Part shown: piece by piece, positions 28,051 through 39,349 of the stretch
Layout: every line of letters begins with the position of its first letter
How positions within the stretch are numbered: position 1 is the stretch's first letter
Source: Eledone cirrhosa
Lineage: Eukaryota
Assembly (NCBI GenBank): GCA_964016885.1
Contig: OZ024764.1
Location: 3,720,001 to 3,784,000, forward strand
Reading direction: 5' to 3'
DNA: 64,000 nucleotides
The notes under the pieces: model-generated
The model's database searches: none
Told to the model about the DNA's origin: nothing
What the model saw: only the letters and a program-made list of their open reading frames with translations
Translations under genes and position numbers: made by a program

Positions 28051-28275
28051 ATATATATTTATATATATACATATATATATATATCATATATATATCATAT
28101 ATATCATATATATATATCATCATAATCATCATCATCTTCATCGTTTAACATCTATCTTCCACGCTAGCATGGGTTCAGACGGGAATTGTCCCACTTGAGG
28201 CAAGGTTGGTCGGGTGACCGTGTCTCGCTGGTATAGGACTGTCTGGCAGGTTTTCTACGGCTGGATGCCCTTCCT

Positions 28276-28384
<109 letters not shown>

Positions 28385-28445
28385 GTAAGTATGTATGTAT
28401 GTATGTATGTATGTATGTATGTATGTATGTATGTATGTATGTATG

Positions 28446-28509
<64 letters not shown>

Positions 28510-28510
<1 letters not shown>

Positions 28511-28838
28511 GCACATGGCTTAGTGGTTAGAGCATTGGCCTTGCAATCGAAAGGTTGTGAGTTCAATTCTCAGACCGGGTGATGTGTTGTTTCCTTGAGC
28601 AAGACACTTTATTTCACATTGCTCCAGTTCACTCAGCTGTAGAAATGAGATGATAGGGACTGGGGTCCCTATCATTCCACTGCAAAGTGGTCGTGCAGGT
28701 GCCACGACAAAAAAGCACCCAGCACTCACTGTAAATGAGGTTGGTGTTAGGAAGGGCATCCAGCTGTAGAAATCAAGCCAGAATCAGTTCCCGTCCCACC
28801 CTTGCAAGCAGGGAAGGGCGGACGTAAAATGATGATGT
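28510..28838 (+). mobile_element. SINE family 1, full length (tRNA head, conserved core, RTE-derived tail)
   Basis: A box TGGCTTAGTGG, B box GTTCAATTC, CCTTGAGCAAGACACTT core, tail CCCGTCCCACCCTTGCAAGCAGGG...(GAT)n; further copies at 33040-33328(-), 35095-35495, 37740-37985(-), 45074-45730, 47657-47993, 49093-49430, 49990-50323(-), 50449-50775, 57860-58204(-). Confidence 0.85.
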
Positions 28839-29095
28839 TGATAGTTGTTTCTACGTTTGGCACAAGGCCAGCAATTATTCCAGTGCATTACTGGTACTTT
28901 ATTTTATCGACCCTGTAAGGATGAAAGGCAAAGTTGACCTCGGCGGGATTTGAACTCAGAATGGAAAGGGCCGTAACTCTATGCGTCAAAGCATGGCGTC
29001 TGATCCTGATGATAATGATGATATGTTGCAAGTCTCAGCTCTTCAAAACAATCCCATTTCAGTCCCCAATTATACCAGGCTAGCTTCATTTATGG

Positions 29096-29285
<190 letters not shown>

Positions 29286-29306
29286 TATATATATATACAT
29301 AAATAA

Positions 29307-29361
<55 letters not shown>

Positions 29362-29395
29362 TATATATATATATTTATATATATATAAATAAATA

Positions 29396-29447
<52 letters not shown>

Positions 29448-29459
29448 AATAAATATCTA

Positions 29460-29505
<46 letters not shown>

Positions 29506-29518
29506 TAGATATTTATTT

Positions 29519-29587
<69 letters not shown>

Positions 29588-29629
29588 TATATATATATAT
29601 TTATATATATATAAATAAATATCTATCTA

Positions 29630-29699
<70 letters not shown>

Positions 29700-29711
29700 A
29701 ATAAATATCTA

Positions 29712-29746
<35 letters not shown>

Positions 29747-29875
29747 CAATAACAGCCACACACAGGCTCCAGTAGGTAGCTAGGTGCCATAAACAATATA
29801 TCTTACTAACTCACCAATACCAGGGTAGATAATGTACCAGCACACTTAGGTAATTAAACACACACATATGCCAGC

Positions 29876-29919
<44 letters not shown>

Positions 29920-30311
29920 TATATATAGATATGTGTAAGTATGTGGAGGTATAAAATGATGATGATGATGATATATATATATATATTTATGTAACAACAG
30001 AGAGAAATGTGTAGATGTATATACATATGTCTGTGTGTGTATGTAGGTGTGTGTATATTATATATATATATATATATATATACATATGTGTGTATATATA
30101 TATATATATACATATGTGTGTGTGTGTTTTTCTGTTGATACCTGTAAAGTAGCTGACAACATTCATTATAATTTATTACTGGAATATATATATATGTGTG
30201 TGTGTATGTATATATATATATATATATGTATATGTGTGTGTGTATGTATATATATATATATATGTATATGTGTGTGTGTGTGTATATGAATGTATATATA
30301 TATTTATATAT

Positions 30312-30361
<50 letters not shown>

Positions 30362-30362
30362 G

Positions 30363-30444
<82 letters not shown>

Positions 30445-30445
30445 C

Positions 30446-30490
<45 letters not shown>

Positions 30491-30491
30491 C

Positions 30492-30562
<71 letters not shown>

Positions 30563-30765
30563 TATATATATATACATATATATATTGGTAAACGGAATAG
30601 AAAATGGTGACAAATTGTTCACAGTGCAAAATAGTTTAATTAGGAATAAGTGAGAATTAGTAATAGTATTGGTTAGTATTCAGTTTTGGTTTTAAGTTTT
30701 CCTGGGTTGGTATTAGTGAACATAGTTTGGATAGTATCGCAAAGGTTTTGGAGTTTATTGCCGAT

Positions 30766-30849
<84 letters not shown>

Positions 30850-30941
30850 GTAATAATAATAAATTTGAAGACTAAAATCCAAAGAGGGCTCGATAAGGAT
30901 AAATATATCTGTTATTTTAATAAATATAAATATATATATAT

Positions 30942-31671
30942 GACTCTATATCTTTATGATATATTGTTTTTGTTTATGCCACGAAACTACGTAGTCGAGG
31001 AATTTAGGAGCAGTTTAGGTATGATACATTTTATTACTAATTATATCTAAATGTTTCTTCTCTCTTCATAATGTATTTTTAACTCTGATACTGGTTCAGT
31101 CTAGTTCAACTGAATTGGGCTGTCCCAGTCATTCATTGAGCAACATCGGTGAAGTTGGCACCCTTAACTCACAGTTGGGTGCGGATGCATTCATGTATAT
31201 ATGTGTGTGTCCGCATGTATCTGTGTGTTTCTAAATATATTGTTAATAACTCCCTCTGGTCGAGCAATCTTTGAAGTGTGGGGACAGCTGGAAAGCTTCC
31301 ATTACTCATACTTCTCGCCTTCTTCACCACCTCTTCTACGGCCTCGATATAAATACCCCCTCCGCCTCCGTGGTATTTTCTTCGGGGTTATAAGAGGCTT
31401 AGCTCTGTTTCTCGACCGTTATATCGCGTGACTATCTCCCCCTCCGCCTTTTGGGATTCTTTCTCACGTCGTGTAGACGCGTTCTTGAGACTAGTAAAAT
31501 GAGGTATCCTCTTGATAAGTCGGCAGACCTCGCAAGGACTCTATATCTTTATGATATATTGTTTTTGTTTATGCCACGAAACTACGTAGTCGAGGAATTT
31601 AGGAGCAGTTTAGGTATGATACATTTTATTACTAATTATATCTAAATGTTTCTTCTCTCTTCATAATGTAT
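30942..31671 (+). mobile_element. non-coding 595-nt unit with 135-bp terminal direct repeat (retrozyme/pLTR-like)
   Basis: 30942-31076 equals 31537-31671; AT-rich flanks; contains an HHR; no credible ORF. Confidence 0.75.
31507..31596 (+). ncRNA. type I hammerhead ribozyme with U3:A8 core variant
   Basis: Stem I TCCTC/GAGGA, core TTGATAA (31512-31518), stem II GT(C)GGCA/TGCCAC, GAA-ACTACGTAGT-C; predicted cut after 31591. Confidence 0.75.
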
Positions 31672-31689
31672 ATAAATATATATATATAT

Positions 31690-32535
31690 TTATATATCAT
31701 AAATCATGTCTTTAGAATTATTAGATAAAATATATACCATTTCCTCTCCCAATTAGCATAATTAACCATATAAAAAAATCAATTAGACCAAGCTATAAGA
31801 ATAAAAGGCTCCTATGAAGAAATTTCTGACAAATAACCGAAAGCGGCCTCTTCGCGGTGGCCCCGATAGAGTATTTATCCAACATTTCAACAGCATGTAG
31901 AAATTGACTAAATATACCGTCAACCATACACAATTAGGTGTAAATTCAAACTTAGAAGAAATGTGTACATACCGTAATTACATCTCTAGGAAATGGTATA
32001 TATTTTATCTAATAATTCTAAAGACATGATTTATGATATATTGCCGTAAGCAACTAATCACATTCTTTCTAACTTGACCACTGCCATGTCACGATTCTTA
32101 GCCATTTTTTAATCTATTTTTGGCGCGATCACTTTGGAAAATTAAATGTCTAATTTTGAGTTCACTCCTGATGAGTCCGAATCTCTGGACGTATCCTGTT
32201 ATTGGATGTCTAAAAATACGGACGAAACCATAGTAGAGATGTAATTACGGTGTGTACACATTTCTTCTAAGTTTGAATTTACACCTAATTGTGTATGGTT
32301 GACGGTATATTTGGTCAATTTCTACATGCTGTTGAAATGTTGGATAAATACTCTATCGGGGCCACTGCAAAGAGGCCGCTTTCGGTTATTTGTTGGAAAT
32401 TTCTTCATAGGAGCCTTTATTCTTATAGCTTGGTCTAATTGATTTTTTATATGGTTAATTATGCTAATTGGGAGAGGAAATGGTATATATTTTATCTAAT
32501 AATTTCTAAAGATATAATTTATGATATATTGCTCT
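31690..32535. mobile_element. HHR-bearing insert: inverted arm plus terminally redundant 487-nt unit
   Basis: 31690-31988 is the reverse complement of about 32234-32529; 31988-32044 repeats directly at 32475-32532. Confidence 0.75.
32163..32241 (+). ncRNA. type I hammerhead ribozyme
   Basis: CTC-CTGATGA(32168-32174)-GTCCG...CGGAC-GAAAC-CATA-GTA-GAG; predicted cut after 32235. Confidence 0.75.
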
Positions 32536-32753
32536 GATTATTTAATTTATTAATTCTTCATTGAGCCACAACGTGACCGGTTGCAAAACACATATATATC
32601 TATGACTTTATGTTTATGTATATGAAAATATTTATATATATTTATATATATACATACATGTATTTAAAAGGTAAACAGAAATAACAACACAATCGGTACA
32701 ATATATATGGATGGAATATATTTAGGTTAACGCTTGATGTAGCAGGAGGAGGG

Positions 32754-32789
32754 TCTTAACGTTTTGGATGCTAGTCCTTCATCAGAAGA
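32754..32789 (-). ncRNA. degenerate minimal hammerhead (family D; G12 to A)
   Basis: TCTT-CTGATGA-A-GGA/TCC-AAA-ACGT-T-AAGA; a second copy at 61278-61313(-) has the same substitution. Confidence 0.45.
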
Positions 32790-34230
32790 AAGAATGAGAA
32801 ATAAGAGGGGATGGGTGGGGTAGAATTGGAAAAATGTTTTTAGATAAAAATAACAGGTCCATTCATGTTGACATCTCTTGCGAAACTGTTGATGCTGGTG
32901 TTTTTTGTATAATATAACTGTTATAGAAAAGGTGATGATGGAGAGCGTCTACCTGAAATGGAAAAAAAAAACGTTTTGTATATAGAACTATACGTGTGCA
33001 CAAGTAGAGAAGGAAGCACGAACGTATCGTCATCATCATCACCATCACCATTCTACGTCTGTTCTTCCCCGCTAGCATGGGTCAGACGGGTTGTCCCATT
33101 GTGGGGAGTGTCCGGTCGGCTGACCTTGTCTTGCTCATACGGGAACTGATTCTGGCTTGATTTCTACAGCTGGATGCCCTTCCTAACACCAACCTCATTT
33201 ACAGTGAGTGCTGGGTGCTTTTTTGCCGTGGCGCCTCCACAACCACTTTGCAGTGGAATGATAGGGACCCCAGTCCCTATCATCTCATTTCTACAGCTGA
33301 GTAAACTGGAGCAATGTGAAATAAAGTGTTGAGTGCTAGTGGTAACATGTCACCCAGTACATCCTGTCCCATGGTCAGGTCGTCAGCAATTAAACCAACA
33401 ACCTTGCTTGGTGTGGGGGTAGGGTGATATTTGGACACCCTGTGGGATGAAATACAAGACCCGACAAAGGGCAGAGGAACTCAGCAGAGTCAACGGCCAT
33501 CCAAATAGTACTTTTTTTCCCACCAGGGAGTGAAAGGCCCCCAGTTGTTGTCACAACACCTTTCTAAGAGAGGGGTAACTCTAAAAAAAAAACCTGCGGC
33601 TTCGGAAACATCCGATGATGTTGACCAGTTCCCCTTTTGGGGTAGTGTTTTCGATGCTCAGAGAGTGGGATTGGTCGAGTTCAAGGCCTTTCCCCACTTA
33701 AAAAACCTTCAAAGCACAGGCATTGCTTGTTCAGGATCTGTTACAGGTTCGTGTGGCTGGCCATAGCCTAAAAGTGCACAATTTTCTGTAATCTGACAAG
33801 CGATTGCAATACTCTTCACAGAGTTTGCAGCCATCACACACACACACACACACACATATATCCAGTCCACACTATAGAGTGGTCATGTAGGAGAGATGGC
33901 AAAATCCACCCAGTCCACACTGTAAATGTGGTTGGTGTTAGGAAGGGCATCCAGCCGTAGAGAACCTGCCAGAAACAGTCTTATACGAGCGAGATACGGT
34001 CACGCAACCCAACTTGCCTCTAAATGGGACAAACCCGTGTGACCCACGCTAGGATGGAAGATAGACTTTAAACAATGATGAAGATGATGATGGTATAGTC
34101 ATGAATGTTGTGTTAACGAAGGGAGATAACTCTCTGTAAATCTCCGATTAAAGTCGCAATTAGTCAAATGTTTTCATAGAAGACGGCGACATTGGAAACT
34201 GGGTGTGTAGAAATATCTCCTTTCTACATT

Positions 34231-34294
<64 letters not shown>

Positions 34295-34525
34295 TATATA
34301 TATACTGTGTGTATATATATATACACATATATATATATATATATACTGTGTGTGTATATATATACACACACACACACACATATATATATGTGTGTATAAT
34401 CGTTATATGTGTATTCATAAATATATTTCTGTTTATGTATAAATATACATGTCTTTATATATATATATATATATATATATTCAATGATATTAAATAAATG
34501 GAAACTATATTTATAAAACCATATT

Positions 34526-34586
34526 TATTCTATTATATATATTTCCACGGTACCAAAACTTTGGTACGCTCTCATCAGATAAAATA
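34526..34586 (-). ncRNA. minimal hammerhead (family A), base of stem II damaged
   Basis: TATTTTAT-CTGATGA-GAGC-GTACCAAA/TTTGGTAC-CGTG-GAAAT-ATAT-ATA-ATAGAATA. Confidence 0.55.
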
Positions 34587-34659
34587 CGAAGTTTGTTTTA
34601 TAAATATTTGACATAACCAAGGAGAACATACCTTAACGGTTCAAGTTAGCCCTTGATAG

Positions 34660-34711
<52 letters not shown>

Positions 34712-34865
34712 GTATACTTGTGTATATATATATAGATAAATATATATGTATACTTGTATATATATATATATATATATATATATACAAGTATACATATACT
34801 AAAAAGAGTCGAGACCCGACGGATGTACTATTGCCGTTTGGTCCGCTAATTCCAATATATAAAAA

Positions 34866-34897
<32 letters not shown>

Positions 34898-35676
34898 CGC
34901 ACTTATTATATACCTATCTCTATATATATATCTCATCATCATCATCAGCATCATTTTACGTCCGCTTTTCCCTGCTTTCAAGCATATATATATATTATGA
35001 ATGCTCGTATATTATACATAAACATATCGTATATAAAACTCTATTATATATATATTGTTTCCTGATAAATGTCATTCTACACACACACATGGTGAAGGCG
35101 CATGGCTTAGTGGTTAGAGCATTGACCTCTTGCAATCTAAAGGTTGTGAGTTCAATTCTCAGACCGGGTGATGTGTTGTTTCCTTGAGCAAGACACTTTA
35201 TTTCACATTGCTCCAGTTTACTCAGCTGTAGAAATGAGATGATAGGGACTGGGGTCCCTATCATTCCACTGCAAAGTGGTCATGGAGGTGCCACGGCAAA
35301 AAGGGCACCCAGCACTCACTGTAAATGAGGTTGGTGTTAGGAAGGGCATCCAGCTGTAGAAATCAAGCCAGAATCAGTTCCCGTATGAGCAAGGCATGGT
35401 CAGCCGACCGGACACTGCCCACAACAGGACAACCCGTCTAACCCATGCTAGCGTAGAAGAACGCACGTAAAACGGTGATGATGATGATGATGATACATGT
35501 TCTATTACGTAGAATACTTTTAAAATTAATTAATTTGTGAAACATTATTTCATTATTATATAAAGTTGCAGCAATGGTGATGATGATGATGGTTATATGT
35601 TTCTCTGTACACTTTCAGATGGTGAATTAAATGGTATTGGAATTGCTGCAGCTGGCCAGATCCATTTCAGTAAAAG

Positions 35677-35775
35677 ATGGGAAAGACCAGCAAAATCCTT
35701 ATTTGTGGGCAGAGTAGTGTTGGCAAGACCGCTGTCATAGAACATTTAGTCTATGGAAACCACATTGTTGGAACT
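35677..35775 (+). CDS. NKIRAS: kappaB-Ras (NF-kappa-B inhibitor-interacting Ras-like protein) coding exon 1
   Basis: [33 protein letters not shown] (P-loop GxxxxGKT); in-frame TAA just upstream; donor GTGAGT, phase 0. Confidence 0.93.
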
Positions 35776-35835
35776 GTGAGTATGGTGGTGGTGGTGTAAC
35801 ACACACATACATATCATCATCATCATCATCATCAT

Positions 35836-36865
35836 CATTTTACGTCCGCTTTTGCCTGCTTGCAAGGGTGGGACGGGTCTTATTCAGCACAGCATCTCTC
35901 CATTCGTCACGGTCCTTCGTCATCTCCACCGTGAGCTTCAATGATCTGAGGTCTGTTCTCACCACCTCCGCCCATGTTTTTCGTGGTCTACCTCTACCAC
36001 GTCTTCCTTCAACTGGCAATTCCTGGCACTTCTTCACCCATCGGTCATCCTCCATGCGCATCACATGTCCATACCACCTCAGTCTCCTCTCCCGTACACT
36101 ACATTCTATCCCTCTCAGACACAGTTTCTCTCTCAACACATCACATGTCCATACCAACGCAGTCTCCTCTCCCGTACACTACATTCTATCCCTCTCAGAC
36201 ACAGTTTCTCTCTCAACACATCACATGTCCATACCAACGCAGTCTCCTCTCCCGTACACTACATTCTATCCCTCTCAGACACAGTTTCTCTCTCAACACA
36301 TCACATGTCCATACCAACGCAGTCTCCTCTCCCGTACACTACATTCTATCCCTCTCAGACACAGTTTCTCTCTCAACACATCACATGTCCATACCAACGC
36401 AGTCTCCTCTCCCGTACACTACATTCTATCCCTCTCAGACACAGTTTCTCTCTCAACACATCACATGTCCATACCAACGCAGTCTTCTCTCCCGTACACT
36501 ACATTCTATCCCTCTTATACACAGTTTCTCTCTCAACACATCACATGTCCATACCACCGCAGTCTCCTCTCCCGTACACTACATTCTATCCCTCTCAGAT
36601 ACAGTTTCTCTCTCAACACATCACATGTCCATACCATCTCAGTCTCCTCTCTCGCACACTACATTCTATCCCTCTCAGACACAGTTTCTCTCTCAACACA
36701 TTTATGCTGGGTCGTTCACGCACATTTACATTGCACATCCAATGGAGCATGCTTGCCTCATTTCTCTCCAGCCGTCGCATATCCTCTGCAGTTGCTGCCC
36801 ATGTCCCACTACCATGCAGCATCGCACTCCTCACACAGGCATCATACAACCGGCCTTTCGTACGT
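35836..36865 (-). mobile_element. RTE LINE 3' end with internal 80-bp tandem repeat (8 units, 36059-36700)
   Basis: MLHGSGTW...RERRLRWYGHV...GRGRPRKTW; ends in (GAT)n. Confidence 0.88.
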
Positions 36866-36899
36866 TGTATATGTTATACAGCATATATAAATATATATA

Positions 36900-37461
36900 T
36901 ATGCTGTATAAAAAAGTGCAGGGCAATAAAAATAGCCGGTAGCCACGGAGTAGGCAGACCCAGAAAAACCTGGGACGACTTGATAAATTCCGACCTCACA
37001 CACTTACACCTATCCAAGACAAGGTCACTGGACCGAGATCTTTGGCGCTTCACAGTAATACAGAAGACCCGCCTTGCCTAAGTACAAAGTGAAACCTACA
37101 GTCAGTAGGCACCTCTAACAAAATACACCCCCGTCCCACTACCCCCACCTCATCCACACCACCCCTTCCAATGTAAAGTTATGTTGGTACCACAACATCC
37201 AGTTTGAAACAAATGAAGTCGTGTAGGTGTCACAACAAAAAAACACAGTCCACGCTGTAATGTGGCCATGTAGGTAACACGGTAAAAACCTCCCAGTTCC
37301 ACACTGTAAATGTGGTTGGTGTTAGGAAGGGCATCCAGCCGTAGAAAACCCACCAGACAGACCTATACCAGCAAGACAACCAATCTTGCCTCAAGTGGGA
37401 AAACTCCCGTCCAAACCCATGCAAGCATGGAAAATGGACGTTAAACGATGATGATGATGAT
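36900..37461 (+). mobile_element. RTE LINE C-terminus plus 3' UTR
   Basis: CIKKCRAIKI...GRPRKTWDDLINSDL; same family as 25501-26580 and 62840-63290. Confidence 0.82.
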
Positions 37462-38404
37462 GTGTGTGTGTATGAATATATATGTGTTTGTGTGTATATA
37501 AATATATATATGTGTTTGTGTGTATATAAATATATATGTGTGTGTGTGTATGAATATATATGTGTGTGCGTGTGTTTGTGTATATAAATATGTATGTGTG
37601 TGTATGAATACATGCTGCAAAGTGGACGTGTAGGCACCACGGTAAAAAAGCACCCAGCACTCAGTTCTGTATGAGCAAGACATGGTCAGCCGACCAGACA
37701 CTGCCCACAACAGGACAACCCCTGACCTTGTCTTGCTCATACGGGAACTGATTCTGACTTGATTTCTACAGCTGGGTGCTTGTTTTCCGTGGCACCTCCA
37801 CGACCACTTTGCAGTGGAATGATAGGGACCCCAGTCCCTGTCATCTCATTTCTACAGCTGAGTGAACTGGAGCAATGTGAAATAAAGTGTCTTGCTCAAG
37901 GAAACAACACATCACCCGGTCTGAGAATTGAACTCACAACCTTTCGATTGCAAGGCCAATGCTCTAACCACTAAGCCATTTGCCTCAATAATAATAATAA
38001 TAATCATAATATAATAAAGTAAGGAGTGCGGGACTGCGTATGGTTTATATTTTTTCATCCTCTTAGTAAAATAAGTTGAATTACTTTGAATAAATAATGA
38101 ATGAATATTACATAATTTATCCACTAAATTTCGTAGCTGTTGATTAAATATATTTTATTGTTTATTTAAAGATTCACTTCTTTAAAATTTTCAAATGTCA
38201 ACACTTCCGGTTAGCGATCGCTTAAATAAACATTCATATATTTCTGTCCCTAATTTTATCCTAATACAGTTTATATATAATATCGTCTTATTTAATGTAT
38301 CAAGGATTACTTTACTGATTACATAAGACAGTGTAACACAGTCTCTCTTCAATTTCTGTGTATATTGTCAATTATGATTTTATATGACGTATCATATCTA
38401 CATG

Positions 38405-38566
38405 TATGTATACTAGTATATACTATGGTATAATTACATATACTAGTATATACTATGGTATAATTACATATACTAGTATATACTATGGTATAATTACATA
38501 TACTAGTATATACTATGGTATAATTACATATACTAGTATATACTATGGTATAATTACATATACTAG
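38405..38566. repeat. 30-bp tandem repeat, about 5 copies
   Basis: TACTAGTATATACTATGGTATAATTACATA. Confidence 0.9.
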
Positions 38567-38629
38567 CAGAAAAACCACCCGAAGGTTGGATTTCTGCTAG
38601 TATATGTAATGATATTAATGATAATAATA

Positions 38630-39226
38630 ATAATAATTGTTTCTACTTTTGGCACAAGGCTAGCAATTAACCTCAGTACATTACTGGTACTTTATTTTAA
38701 TAATTGTTTCTACTTTTGGCACAAGGCCGGCAATAACCCAGTACATTACTGGTACTTTATTTTAATAATTGTTTCTACTTTTGGCACAAGGCCGGCAAAT
38801 TACCCAGTGTATTACTGGTACTTTATTTTAATAATTATTTCTACGTTAGGCACAAGGCCAGCAAATTACCCAGTGTATTACTGGTACTTTATTTTAATAA
38901 TTGTTTCTACTTTTGGCACAGGGCCAGCAAATACCCAGTACATTACAGGTACTTTATTTTAATAATTATTTCTACGTTAGGCACAAGGCCAGCAAATACC
39001 CAGTGTATTACTGGTACTTTATTTTAATAATTATTTCTACGTTAGGCACAAGGCCAGCAAATACCCAGTGTATTACTGGTACTTTATTTTAATAATTATT
39101 TCTACGTTAGGCACAAGGCCAGCAAAAACCCAGTGTATTACTGGTACTTTATTTTAATAATTGTTTCTACGTTAGGCACAAGACCAGCAATTACCCAGTG
39201 TATTACTGGTACTTTATTTTAATAAT
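38630..39226 (-). repeat. about 63-bp tandem array from the 3' end of SINE family 2
   Basis: TAATTGTTTCTAC...GGCACAAGGCCAGCAA...CCCAGT...TTACTGGTACTTTATTT, about 9 units, ending just before the exon 2 acceptor. Confidence 0.85.
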
Positions 39227-39239
39227 ATTGTCTATTCAG

Positions 39240-39335
39240 CCAACCATGCCAACTATAGAGGATATTTATACTGCTGTTATTGAGACTGATCGGGGAGTGA
39301 AGGAAAAGGTCCGCATATTTGACACAGCTGGTCTG
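39240..39335 (+). CDS. NKIRAS: kappaB-Ras coding exon 2
   Basis: TTCAG|PTMPTIEDIYTAVIETDRGVKEKVRIFDTAGL|GTAAGT; switch I TIED and G3 DTAG. Confidence 0.95.
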
Positions 39336-39349
39336 GTAAGTGACATTTT

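Noticed and set aside
28510-28580. tRNA-like sequences with A and B boxes
   Set aside because: They are SINE heads, continuous with SINE bodies and lacking a proper acceptor stem.
33330-33830. GC-richer segment that might be a LINE 5' UTR with an HDV-like ribozyme (also 45755-45900)
   Set aside because: I could not assemble the nested double pseudoknot by eye; it needs a descriptor search.
38204-38212. ETS-like ACTTCCGG motif as a promoter
   Set aside because: A single short motif inside intron 1 with no other support.
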